64,000 nucleotides of DNA, from the NCBI GenBank assembly GCA_963802165.1, contig CAWDHT010000030.1, positions 84,684 to 148,683 on the forward strand. The letters are read 5' to 3'. This document shows positions 1-11,254 of this stretch, piece by piece. Under the pieces are notes generated by a model. It made no database searches. It was given only the letters and a program-made list of their open reading frames with translations, and was not told the DNA's origin. The stretch's first letter is position 1; the number at the start of each line of letters is the position of its first letter. The translations under genes and the position numbers were made by a program. Origin of the DNA: an uncultured Chloroflexia bacterium. GTDB taxonomy: Bacteria; Chloroflexota; Limnocylindria; Limnocylindrales; CSP1-4.

Positions 1-1694
<1,694 letters not shown>

Positions 1695-1830
1695 CGCGGG
1701 GTCCCGGAAGGATCCGGGCGCCGTTCTCCCGGGTCGGGCGCGTCCGGGACCTGGGCCTCCGCGCCTGGTCGTCCGCGCGTCCCGCACGCGGTACGATCGG
1801 TCCCGTCGCACCGCCACTCCTGGAGACGCC

Positions 1831-3243
1831 ATGACGGACCTGCCCACGGCGCCCGGCGCCGGCCCGATCGATCCTGCCGTCGAGGCGGCGCTGGCGTCGT
1901 CCGCCGATGCGCGGGCCGAGACGCTGCTCGAGTTCGCCCGGATCCCGAGCGTCTCAGCCTTGCCCGAGCACGCCGAGGACATGGTCCGGGCCGCGGAGTG
2001 GGTCGCGGAGCGCCTCCGGCGGGTGGGGGCGACGGACGTGGCGGTCGAGCGGACCGCGCTCCACCCGATCGTCTACGGGCGCATCCACGAGGCGCCCGGC
2101 GCGCCGACGGCGCTCGTGTACTGCCACTACGACGTCCAGCCGGTGGACCCGGTGGACCTGTGGGAGACGGCCCCCTGGGAGCCGTTCCTGCGCGACGGCC
2201 GGTTCGTCGGCCGCGGCGTGGCGGACGACAAGGGCCAGCTCGTGATGCACCTCTCGGCGCTCGAGGCGCTGCGCGCCGCGGGCAAGGCGCCCGCGGTCAA
2301 CCTCACCTTCGTCTTCGAGGGCGAGGAGGAGTACGGGTCCGAGAGCCTGTACGCGTGGATCGAGGCGAACCGTGACCGGCTCGCGGCGGACGTGGCGATC
2401 ATCAGCGACACCTGCTTCTTCGAGGGCAACGTCCCGGCGATCACGGTGGGGCTGCGCGGGATCATGTACGCGCAGATCGACGTCGAGCTCGCCCCGGTCG
2501 ACCTCCACTCCGGGATGTACGGCGGGACGGTGGACAATCCCGCCAACGCCCTCGCCCGGATCATCACGGCGCTCAAGGGTCCGGACGGCCGGATCCGGAT
2601 CCCCGGCTTCTATGACGACGTCGTCGCCCTCAGCGACGCGGATCGCGCCGCGATGGCCGCGCTGCCCTTCGATGACGAGGCCTACCGGGCCGAGATCCCG
2701 GTCCCCGCCCTCGTGGGCGAGGCCGGCTGGACGACGCTCGAGCGCAAGACGGCGCGGCCCACGCTGGACGTCAACGGGATGTGGAGCGGCTTCCAGGGCG
2801 AAGGCGCCAAGACGATCATCCCGGCCCATGCCCATGCGAAGGTCTCGACACGGCTCGTCGCCAACCAGGATCCCGCGACCGTCTATGCCGCCCTGCGCGA
2901 CTACGTGGCCCAGATCGCCCCGCCGGGCGTGACCGTGCGCACGACCTTCATCCACGGCGGCGAGCCGTCGCTGACCCCGATCGACCATCCGGCCACCCAG
3001 GCGGCCGCCCGCGCGATCGAGGCCGTCCACGGGGTCGCGCCGGTCTACATCCGCGAGGGTGGCTCCATCCCGGTCACGGCCGCCTTCGACCACTCGCTGG
3101 GGCTCCCGGTGGTGCTCCTGGGCTTCACGCAGCCCACCTGCAACGCCCATGCGCCCAACGAGACCTTCCTGCTCGAGAACTTCGAGCTGGGCACCCGCGT
3201 CATCGTCAGGTTCTGGGACGAGCTCGCGACGCTGCCCCGGTAG
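1831..3243 (+). CDS. M20/M25/M40 family dipeptidase
   Basis: [34 protein letters not shown] and NAHAPNE motifs. GGAG RBS and a TACGAT -10 upstream. Confidence 0.92.
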   Translation: MTDLPTAPGAGPIDPAVEAALASSADARAETLLEFARIPSVSALPEHAEDMVRAAEWVAERLRRVGATDVAVERTALHPIVYGRIHEAPGAPTALVYCHYDVQPVDPVDLWETAPWEPFLRDGRFVGRGVADDKGQLVMHLSALEALRAAGKAPAVNLTFVFEGEEEYGSESLYAWIEANRDRLAADVAIISDTCFFEGNVPAITVGLRGIMYAQIDVELAPVDLHSGMYGGTVDNPANALARIITALKGPDGRIRIPGFYDDVVALSDADRAAMAALPFDDEAYRAEIPVPALVGEAGWTTLERKTARPTLDVNGMWSGFQGEGAKTIIPAHAHAKVSTRLVANQDPATVYAALRDYVAQIAPPGVTVRTTFIHGGEPSLTPIDHPATQAAARAIEAVHGVAPVYIREGGSIPVTAAFDHSLGLPVVLLGFTQPTCNAHAPNETFLLENFELGTRVIVRFWDELATLPR

Positions 3244-3368
3244 AGGCTCCCCGGGTGCGGCAGGCCCGTACCTTCGGATGACCCCGGTGGGTCCGGGGGG
3301 TGACAGCGGACACCGGTCCCGGTGCTAGGATGCGCCAACGGGATCCGATCGCGGGAGGATGCACGAAG

Positions 3369-4445
3369 GTGACGACTGAGACGGGGGACGGAGCGGCGCC
3401 GCGGGCGTCGTGGCGGCTCGACGGCCCCAACGGCAGCATGGCGCCCCGGTCGGCGATCGAGGTCCTCGTGGATCTCAACGAGAAGGTCACCAGCGGCAAG
3501 GTTGGCGAGTACCAGCCCGTGCCGCTCGGCTTCACGCCGCTCGACAAGACCATCGGCACCGGGCTGCGGGCCGGGGAGCTGCTGCTCATCGGCGGCGCGC
3601 AGGGGACCGGCAAGACCACCATGGCGCTGCAGATGGCGCGCAACGTCGCGTCGGGCGGGCAGGCGAACGTCCTCTACATCTGCTTCGAGCACGACGAGCT
3701 GTACCTGCTCAACCGGCTGATCGCGGCCGAGTCCGCGCTCGCGCACCTGCCGCACAAGACGGGCGCCATCAAGATCCAGGACGTCCGCAAGGAGATCATG
3801 GGCACCTGGATGGCGGAGGGCGGCGGCGCCGCCCAGCTGGCCGCGAACCCGCGCCTCCGGCCGTCACTGGACCGCATCGCCCGCTACGGCCAGAACCTGT
3901 TCCTGCTCCGGGGCAGCCAGACCGCCAGCACCATCGACGGCATGCGCGAGCTCATCCAGCAGCACCGCGAGCTGTCGGGTGACCGCCGGCTCGTGGTGGT
4001 CGTGGACTACATGCAGAAGGTGCCGGTGATCCCGGAGCCGCCGAACGAGGCCGAGAAGGTCACGTACGTGGTCAACGGCCTCAAGGACATCGCGCTGTCC
4101 GAGGACGTGCCGATGATCGCCATCGTCGCGGCGGACAAGGAGGGCCTCAAGGCGTCGCGGCTGCGCAACTACCACCTGCGCGGCTCGTCGGCGATCAACT
4201 ACGAGGCCGACATCATCCTGATCCTCAACGAGAAGTACCAGATCGTCGCCAAGGTCAACATCGAGTTCAACCCGTACCAGGCGCAGCGCTTCCGGGACTG
4301 GGTGATCGTCTCGGTGGAGAAGAACCGTGGCGGCCAGGACCAGGTGGACCTCGAGTTCGAGAAGCACTTCGAGTTCTCCTGCTTCGATCCGAACGGACGG
4401 ACGGTGCAGGAGAAGCTGATCGAGGAGCGCCTCTACAACGACTGA
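3369..4445 (+). CDS. Stand-alone DnaB C-terminal-like (RecA-fold, SF4-like) ATPase
   Basis: GFTPLDK..GLRAGELLLIGGAQGTGKT, YICFE, VVVDYMQ, LRGSSAINYEADII and EKNRGG. GTG 3369 follows GGAGGA. No DnaB N-terminal domain. Confidence 0.8.
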   Translation: MTTETGDGAAPRASWRLDGPNGSMAPRSAIEVLVDLNEKVTSGKVGEYQPVPLGFTPLDKTIGTGLRAGELLLIGGAQGTGKTTMALQMARNVASGGQANVLYICFEHDELYLLNRLIAAESALAHLPHKTGAIKIQDVRKEIMGTWMAEGGGAAQLAANPRLRPSLDRIARYGQNLFLLRGSQTASTIDGMRELIQQHRELSGDRRLVVVVDYMQKVPVIPEPPNEAEKVTYVVNGLKDIALSEDVPMIAIVAADKEGLKASRLRNYHLRGSSAINYEADIILILNEKYQIVAKVNIEFNPYQAQRFRDWVIVSVEKNRGGQDQVDLEFEKHFEFSCFDPNGRTVQEKLIEERLYND

Positions 4446-4447
4446 CG

Positions 4448-4566
4448 GGCCGCCGCAGGACCGGCGCGCTGCGGCGTTGTCGCCTGCGGTCCTCGCTCAC
4501 GCACGTCCGGGTGCGCTCGCTCCGGTCCTCGGCTCCGCCTTGCATCGCGCGCGGCCTGCGGCGGCC
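4448..4566. repeat. ~120-nt intergenic long imperfect hairpin (REP/MITE-like or structured RNA)
   Basis: Perfect 12-bp terminal inverted repeat GGCCGCCGCAGG (4448-4459) / CCTGCGGCGGCC (4555-4566). Central CGCAC-gtccgg-GTGCG hairpin with duplicated internal TCGCTC and GGTCCTC motifs. Confidence 0.6.
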
Positions 4567-4609
4567 GGGGCTCGCGACCGGGGTCGCAGCCGCGCGGTAG
4601 AGTGCGCGC

Positions 4610-5128
4610 ATGAGCAGCCCCAACGCGGACGCCTTCCCCGACGTCGTCGAGATCGTCGTCGAGATCCCGCGCGGGAGCCGCAACAAGTACGAGTACGACG
4701 AGGAGGCGCACGTCTTCCGGCTGGACCGGGTCCTGTCGTCCGCGGTGTTCTACAACTTCGACTACGGCTTCATCGAGGGCACGCGTGCCGATGACGGCGA
4801 CCACACCGACGCCCTCCTGGTCATCGACGAGCCGACGTTCACCGGCTGTCACGTCTGGGCCCGCCCGATCGGCGGCCTCGAGATGCGTGACGACATGGGC
4901 TTCGACTTCAAGACGCTGTGCGTCGCCATCGGCGATCCGCACCAGCAGCACATCGAGCGCCTCGACCAGGTGCGGCCGCACCGCCTCGTCGAGATCGAGC
5001 AGTTCTTCAACACCTACAAGGTGCTCGAGAACAAGGCCGTCGACATCGCCGGCTGGCGCGATCGCGACTTCGCCCTCGAGGTGCTCACCGCAGACCGCGA
5101 GCGCTACCGGCGCGAAGTGGGTGGCTGA
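4610..5128 (+). CDS. ppa: Inorganic pyrophosphatase (family I)
   Basis: EIPRGSRNKYEYD, LDRVL, YGFIEGTRADDGDHTDAL and FFNTYK motifs. Confidence 0.93.
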   Translation: MSSPNADAFPDVVEIVVEIPRGSRNKYEYDEEAHVFRLDRVLSSAVFYNFDYGFIEGTRADDGDHTDALLVIDEPTFTGCHVWARPIGGLEMRDDMGFDFKTLCVAIGDPHQQHIERLDQVRPHRLVEIEQFFNTYKVLENKAVDIAGWRDRDFALEVLTADRERYRREVGG

Positions 5129-5709
5129 CCGGCCGGACCGCCTGTTCGTCGCGGTCCCGTTGCCGCCCGGCCCGCTGGCCGCCTGCCAGGCGCTGATCGA
5201 CGGGGTGCGCGCCGGTCCGCTGGGCGACGTCCCGCGCTGGGTCCACCTCGGGAACCTCCACCTGACCGTGCGGTTCCTGGGCGAGACGCCGCGGGAACTC
5301 ACCCCCGACGCCGCGCTTGCGGTCCGCGACGCGCTCGAGGGCTTCGCGGCGTTCGACGTCCTGCTCGCCGGCGCCGGCTCGTTCCCCGAGGCCCGCAAGC
5401 CTCGGGCACTCTGGCTGGGGATCGAGCAGGGCGCGCCGGAGCTGGGCGCGCTCGCCGATGCCCTCGACCCGGCGCTGGAGCCGCTGGGCTGGCCGCGCGA
5501 CGACCGTCCGTACCGCCCGCACCTGACGGTCGCGCGCCTGGACCGCTCCTCGATCAGCTCGTCGGAGGTCATCGCGGACGAGCTGCGACGCGCCGCGGCG
5601 GACTGGCGGACGATCCTTCCGGGCGGACCGCGTCGTCCTCTACCGGAGCCACCTGGGCGGCGGACCGCCACGCTACGAGCCCCTCGTCGAGGTCCGGCTG
5701 GCCGGCTGA
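5121..5709 (+). CDS. thpR: RNA 2',3'-cyclic phosphodiesterase (2H family); frameshift near 5612
   Basis: RLFVAV, HLTVRFLG, PRALWLG and YRPHLTVAR (two HxT motifs). The tail VVLYRSHLGGGPPRYEPL is in another frame, ending at TGA 5709. Confidence 0.88.
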
Positions 5710-5794
5710 GACGTGCGGACCGGGTTGCCCGCGTGTCACCGCACGCGCTAGGCTCGGAGCGCCCAACTGCCCGCTCGTCCCTGGAGGTTCCGCG

Positions 5795-7168
5795 ATGGCC
5801 ACCTACCTTCCCCGCCGGACCCAGTTCAACCTCGACGAGGACCGGATCCCGCGGGCCTGGTACAACATCGCGGCCGACCTCAGGACGCCGCCGCCCCCGC
5901 CGCTCCACCCGGGCACGAAGCAGCCGATCGGCCCCGCCGACCTCGCGCCGCTGTTCCCGATGGCGCTGATCCTCCAGGAGGTCAGCATGGAGCGCGAGAT
6001 CGAGATCCCGGACCCCGTCCGGGAGGCCTATGCGCTGTACCGGCCGTCGCCGCTGCACCGGGCCCACAGGCTCGAGGCCGCGCTCGATACGCCCGCGCAC
6101 ATCTACTACAAGTACGAAGGTGTCAGCCCCGCCGGCAGCCACAAGCCGAACACGGCGCTCGCCCAGGCGTTCTTCAACAAGCAGGAGGGCGTCAAGCGCA
6201 TCGCGACCGAGACCGGCGCCGGGCAGTGGGGCAGCGCGATGGCCTTCGCCGGCGCGGCGTTCGGGATCGAGGTCAAGGTCTACATGGTCCGGGCGAGCTA
6301 CGACCAGAAGCCGTACCGGCGGATGCTGATGGAGACCTACGGCGCGGAGGTGGTGGCCAGCCCCAGCCTCACGACGAACTACGGCCGTGCGGTCCTCGGG
6401 AAGACACCGGACTCGCCCGGCTCGCTGGGCATGGCGATCAGCGAGGCGGTCGAGGACGCGGCAACCCGGGACGACACGAAGTACGCGCTCGGGTCCGTGC
6501 TCAACCACGTGCTGCTCCACCAGACCGTGATCGGCCTCGAGGCCCAGGAGCAGATGGCGATGGCCGGCGAGGAGCCGGACGTCATCATCGGCTGCGCGGG
6601 CGGCGGCTCCAACTTCGCGGGCATGACGTTCCCCTACATCGGGCGGATGCTCCGTGGCGAGGCGAGCTACCGCGTCATCGCGGTGGAGCCCGAGGCGGCG
6701 CCGTCGCTCACGCGGGGCGTGTACGCCTACGACTTCGGGGACACCGGCCACATGGCCCCGATCGTGAAGATGCACACGCTCGGCTCGGACTTCATCCCGG
6801 AGCCCATCCACGCTGGCGGCCTCCGCTATCACGGGATGTCGCCGCTCGTGTCGCTGCTCAAGGAGGAGGGCGTGATCGAGGCCGTGAGCGTCCACCAGCG
6901 CGCCTGCTTCGAAGCGGGCGTCGCCTTCGCCCGGGCGGAGGGCATCCTGCCGGCCCCGGAACCGACGCACGCGATCAAGGTCGCGATCGACCAGGCGCTG
7001 GAAGCGAAGGAAGCAGGCGAGGAGCGGGTGATCCTGTTCAACCTGTGCGGCCACGGTCACTTCGACCTGTCCGCGTACGAGCGCCACCTCAAAGGGACGC
7101 TCGAGGACTTCGAGTATCCGGCCGAGAAGGTTGCCCAGTCGCTCGCCAACCTGCCGAAGGTCGGCTGA
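5795..7168 (+). CDS. trpB: TrpB2-type PLP-dependent tryptophan synthase beta-like enzyme
   Basis: IPRAWYNI, YKYEGVSPAGSHKPN, TETGAGQWG, GGGSNFAG and NLCGHG are diagnostic of TrpB2. GGAGG RBS. Confidence 0.93.
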   Translation: MATYLPRRTQFNLDEDRIPRAWYNIAADLRTPPPPPLHPGTKQPIGPADLAPLFPMALILQEVSMEREIEIPDPVREAYALYRPSPLHRAHRLEAALDTPAHIYYKYEGVSPAGSHKPNTALAQAFFNKQEGVKRIATETGAGQWGSAMAFAGAAFGIEVKVYMVRASYDQKPYRRMLMETYGAEVVASPSLTTNYGRAVLGKTPDSPGSLGMAISEAVEDAATRDDTKYALGSVLNHVLLHQTVIGLEAQEQMAMAGEEPDVIIGCAGGGSNFAGMTFPYIGRMLRGEASYRVIAVEPEAAPSLTRGVYAYDFGDTGHMAPIVKMHTLGSDFIPEPIHAGGLRYHGMSPLVSLLKEEGVIEAVSVHQRACFEAGVAFARAEGILPAPEPTHAIKVAIDQALEAKEAGEERVILFNLCGHGHFDLSAYERHLKGTLEDFEYPAEKVAQSLANLPKVG

Positions 7169-7206
7169 CCCTCTCCCGGATCGCCCTGCCCGCGAGGATC
7201 TGCTGC

Positions 7207-7500
7207 GTGCCGAAGCTCGCCTGCCGCGCCTGTGGTCGCCAGGTCTACACCGCGGCGTCGATCGGGTCGCTCTTCGCCGAGGAACGGCGTTGTCCGCGCT
7301 GCGGCGCCGTGATGGATCCCGAGCGCCGCGGCTTCGATCGCCGGCAGGTCGTCCGGCGCCACAACCCGCCCGACGATCCGGGACCGCCGCCGGGGGTGGG
7401 GGAGCGGCGGCTCGCCGAGCGACGGGTGGCGCAGCGGCGTGAGCACGCGGCAGGGGCTGATCCGGGCTACTTCGGGCGCGGTGGCTCGACCAGCCGGTAG
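7207..7500 (+). CDS. Small zinc-ribbon protein with Arg-rich ERR/DRR repeats
   Basis: MPKLACRACGRQ...RCPRCG (two CxxC) followed by ERRGFDRR..ERRLAERRVAQRR. GAGGA upstream of GTG 7207. The 3' end is uncertain. Confidence 0.6.
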   Translation: MPKLACRACGRQVYTAASIGSLFAEERRCPRCGAVMDPERRGFDRRQVVRRHNPPDDPGPPPGVGERRLAERRVAQRREHAAGADPGYFGRGGSTSR

Positions 7501-8192
7501 CGGAGCGCGGATGCCACGGCCTCGAGCTTGGAGTGGACGTGGAGCTTGCCCATGATGTTCTGGACGTGCGTCCGCAGGGTGTTGGGGGCGATGGCCAGCC
7601 GATCGCAGATCTCGCGCGTCGAGAGGCCCTCCGTGAGCGCACGCAGGACCTCGAGCTCGCGCGGGGTGAGCGGCTCGACGGGCGGCTGCACGGCCCTGCG
7701 GTCGCGGGCCTCGGCGACGCGCCGGGCGATCGTGACGATGGTCGAGCGGGGGAGCAGGGTCGCGCCCTCGTGCGCGGCGCGCACGGCATCGACCACGTCC
7801 GCGACCGCCCGGTCCTTGGTCAGGTAGCCGTCGGCGCCCGCCTGGATGGACTCGAGGATCGTCTCGTCGTCGTCGATGCCCGTGAGCATGAGGACCCGGC
7901 ACGACGGCCAGCGCGCCTTGATCAGCCGCGTCGCCTCCACGCCGGTGCCATCCCGCAGGTGGTAGTCCATCAGCACCACGTCCACCGGCACCCTGGCGGC
8001 CTCGCGGACCTGTGCGACGGACACGGCCGTGCCCACGATGCGCATGTCTGCCTCGAGCCCGATCACCCGGGTGAGCGCGTCCAGCACGAGGAGGTGGTCG
8101 TCGACGAGCAGGACCCGGATGGGGCGGGAGCCGGGAGGTCGAGGCGTGGAGGAGCGGCTGCCTCGGGGATCGGCGGGCTCGGTCGGCGACAC
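7467..8192 (-). CDS. NarL/LuxR-family response regulator
   Basis: IRVLLVDDH, VVLMDYHLRDGTG, GADGYLTK and HTH LTPRELEVL..GLSTREI..TLRTHVQNIMGKL. AAGGAGG RBS before GTG 8192. Confidence 0.92.
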   Translation of the reverse strand: MSPTEPADPRGSRSSTPRPPGSRPIRVLLVDDHLLVLDALTRVIGLEADMRIVGTAVSVAQVREAARVPVDVVLMDYHLRDGTGVEATRLIKARWPSCRVLMLTGIDDDETILESIQAGADGYLTKDRAVADVVDAVRAAHEGATLLPRSTIVTIARRVAEARDRRAVQPPVEPLTPRELEVLRALTEGLSTREICDRLAIAPNTLRTHVQNIMGKLHVHSKLEAVASALRYRLVEPPRPK

Positions 8193-8301
8193 GGGGTGCC
8201 TCCTTCCAGGGAGAGTCCTCGCGGGGGACGCGGGGAGCGGGGCGGGACCCTTCGTGAGTCTACCGCGCTCGTCCATGCCGCCCGTCCCCGATAATCGCCA
8301 C

Positions 8302-9176
8302 ATGCGCATCGCGATCCTGGGGCTGGGGCTGATCGGCGGGTCGGTGGCGCGCGCCCTGCGCGTTGCACCGTGCCTACGCCGCGGCGGAGCTTGTGGCCTG
8401 GACGCCGTCCGGGGCTGGGCCGCGCGCGGCGCTGGCGGCCGGCGCGATCGACGTTGCCGCTGGAGATCCGCTTGACGCCGTGCGCGGAGCCGCGATCGTG
8501 GTCCTCGCGGCGCCGCCGCTCGCCTGCGCGTCGCTGGTTCGACGGCTCGGCGCGGAACCCGGTGCCGCCTTCGCCCTCGGTGCGACCGTGACCGACGTGG
8601 CGTCCACGAAGGCCGCCCTGACGGCCGCCGCGGCCGATGCCGGCATCCCGTTCGTTGGCGGCCACCCGATGGCGGGCCGGGAGACGCAGCGGCTTCGATG
8701 CCGCCGACGCGGGCCTGTTCCGGGGCCGCCCGTGGGTGATCACGGAGGCGGTTGGAGCTGGCGACGCCGGGGTCGCCAGGTCGCTGGCGCTTGCCTGCGG
8801 GGCGGTTCCCGTCGAGCTGGACGCCGCCAGGCATGACCGACTGGTGGCCGCGATCAGCCACCTCCCGCTGCTGGCGTCCGCCGCCCTCGTCGAGGCCGTC
8901 ACCGGCACGGCGGCCGACCCGGACGGTGACTGGCCCGCGGCGGCCGCCCTCGCCGCCAGCGGGTGGCGCGACGCGACGCGCCTCGCCCGGGGCGATGCCA
9001 CCATGGGCGCCGAGATCGCGGCCTCCAACGCCGAGGCGATCGCTGCGGTCATGCGCCGGCTGCGGAACCGCATCGACGAGTGGCTCGACCTCCTCGAGGC
9101 GGCCGACGGTCCGGACGCGGACGCGATGCGAGAGCGCCTCGCCGCGGCCAAGGCGCGCCTGGATCGAGGGGCCTGA
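8302..9176 (+). CDS. tyrA: Prephenate/arogenate dehydrogenase (two frameshifts, ~8365 and ~8690)
   Basis: MRIAILGLGLIGGS Rossmann motif, TDVASTK, FVGGHPMAG, HDRLVAAISHLP and GWRDATRLA spread over three frames. Confidence 0.88.
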
Positions 9177-9755
9177 TGGGCGATCCCGAGGAGCGGGTGC
9201 TGGTGGTCCCGCGGGATGCGCTGGTGCCGGGCGAGGGGTGGCTGGGCGTGCTGCCGCGGCGACCTGGGCGAGGCGCTGGACGTGGTCTCGCGCCAGGGGT
9301 TCTTCATGCGCCGGGGAGACGCCGAGGTGGACCCGACCCACAAGCAGGTCATCCCGTACCTCGTGCTGCGGGACGGGGAGCGCTGGTTCCTGATGCGCAG
9401 GACCCGGGCAGGTGGGGACGCCCGCCTCCACGACCGCTGGTCCATCGGCGTCGGCGGCCACCTCAACCCGGGTGATGGCGACGTGCTCGGGGGCCTCCGG
9501 CGCGAGTGGGGCGAGGAACTCGTCGCCGACTTCGAACCGGACTATGCGCCGGTCGGCCTGCTGAACGACGACACGACCGCGGTGGGCTCGGTCCACGTCG
9601 GCTTTGTCTACGTCGCGGATGCCGGCGGCCGCCCGGTCGCCATCCGGGAGACGGACAAGCTCGAGGGAGCGTTCGCAGGCACCGCGGAGGTCGCCGCGGT
9701 CCTCGAGGACCTCGAGACGTGGAGCCGCCTCGTCTTCGATGCCCTGACCGAGTAG
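9176..9755 (+). CDS. NUDIX-family phosphoesterase (YmaB/COG4112-like); frameshift near 9255
   Basis: KQVIPY, RLHDRWSIGVGGHLNP, LRREWGEEL and NDDTTAVGSVHVG. The start overlaps the tyrA stop (TGATG). Confidence 0.8.
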
Positions 9756-9820
9756 CCCACGGGTCGGGCTGAGCGGCAGGGGACCACAGCGGGACGTGGT
9801 GCGATACTGAAGACGGCCCC

Positions 9821-11239
9821 ATGAACCGCACGTCGCCGCATCTCCGCCTCCGGCTCGCCCGCACCGTCACGCTGGTGGGCATCGTCCTGGCGCTCGCCGC
9901 GGGCATCGCCCAGGCCTCGTCCGACGCACGCGTGGTGCAGCTCACCGCCACCGGCGTCGTGGACGGCGCGATGGCGCGCTATCTCCGCGAGGGCATCGCC
10001 ACCGCCGCGGCCGACGGCGCCGACGCGGTGGTTGTCCAACTCGATACCCCTGGCGGCAGCATCACGGCGATGAACGAGATCAAGCAGACGTTCCTCGAGG
10101 CGCCGCTGCCGGTCATCGTCTGGGTGGCTCCCTCGGGGGCCCGCGCGGCGAGCGCCGGCACGTTCATCACGCTCGCCGCGCACCTGGCGTACATGGCCCC
10201 CGCCACGAACATCGGCGCCGCTGCCCCCGTCAGCGGCAGTGGCGGCGACATCCCGGGCACGATGGGTGTGAAGGTCCGCGAGGACGCGATCGCGTCGATC
10301 CGCGCGCTGGCGGAGGCGCAGGGCCGGCCGGTCGACTGGGCGGTCTCGACCGTGGAGGACGCGCGTTCCTACTCGGCGAGCGGAGGCGCTGGAGGCCGGC
10401 GCGGTGGACGGGATCGCCGCGACCATCGAGGAGGTCCTCGCTGACGCCGATGGACGCCAGGTGGAGGTCTTCGGCACGGGGACGGTGACGCTCGACGTGG
10501 ACGGCGCTGCTGTCACCGACGTGCCCATGAACCCGGTGCTGTCGTTCCTGCATCTCCTGTCCGACCCGAACGTCGCGTTCATCCTGCTCGTGGCCGGCGC
10601 GCTGCTCCTGGCCACCGAGCTGGTCAGCACGAACCTGGTCACCGGGATCCTGGGCGCGTTGGCCCTCGTGCTCGCCTTCATCGGCTTCGGAAGCCTCCCG
10701 CTCAACGTCGCTGGGGGTGCTGCTGGTGGCCTTCGGGTTCGTCCTGTTCGTCCTGGAGTCGCAGATCGTCAGCCACGGGCTCCTGACCGTGGCAGGACTC
10801 GTGTGCGTCGTGCTCGGCGCCTCCGTGCTGTACGCCGGCCCGGTGTCACCCAGCGACCCGGTGGTCCAGGTCGCGCCGGTCGTCCTCGTCACGACGGCCT
10901 GTACGCTGGGTCTCCTCATGGGCCTGATCACCATCGTCGCCATCCGGACACGGCGCATGCAGGGCCCTGTCGGCCAGCTGGGCGACCGTGTCTCCCTGGG
11001 CACCGAGGGCGTGGTCCAGGCACCGCTCGACCCGACCGGCACGGTGCACCTGGCCGGGGAGACGTGGACGGCCCGGACGCCGGACGAGAGCGACCTGCCG
11101 CGCGAGACTCCTGTCCGCCTCGCCGGCTTCGACGAGCTGACCGCGCTGGTGGAGCCCACCGGGCAGCCGTCGGTCCTACCGGACACCCACACCTCACGCG
11201 AGTCCCATCACGGCGGTCCCGGCCGCCGACAAGCCCTGA
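9821..11239 (+). CDS. nfeD: NfeD-family membrane-bound ClpP-class serine protease (frameshifts ~10380, ~10715, probably ~11200)
   Basis: LDTPGG, RAASAGTFI and MAPATNIGAAAPV, then TM helices and a C-terminal OB fold GTVHLAGETWTAR. Lies directly upstream of an SPFH gene. 3' end approximate. Confidence 0.85.
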
Positions 11240-11254
11240 GCACTGGAGGACCAC

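Noticed and set aside
1695-1830. ncRNA between ftsH and the dipeptidase
   Set aside because: Only a GGTCCCGGA/TCCGGGACC stem is visible, compatible with a terminator or chance GC pairing. No tRNA or known RNA motif.
4433-7789. Long antisense/alternative-frame ORFs (e.g. 4433..7789, 16530..19253, 19753..21951, 60737..62902)
   Set aside because: Shadow ORFs expected at high GC. They are Arg/Pro/Gly-rich, have no motifs and overlap well-supported genes.
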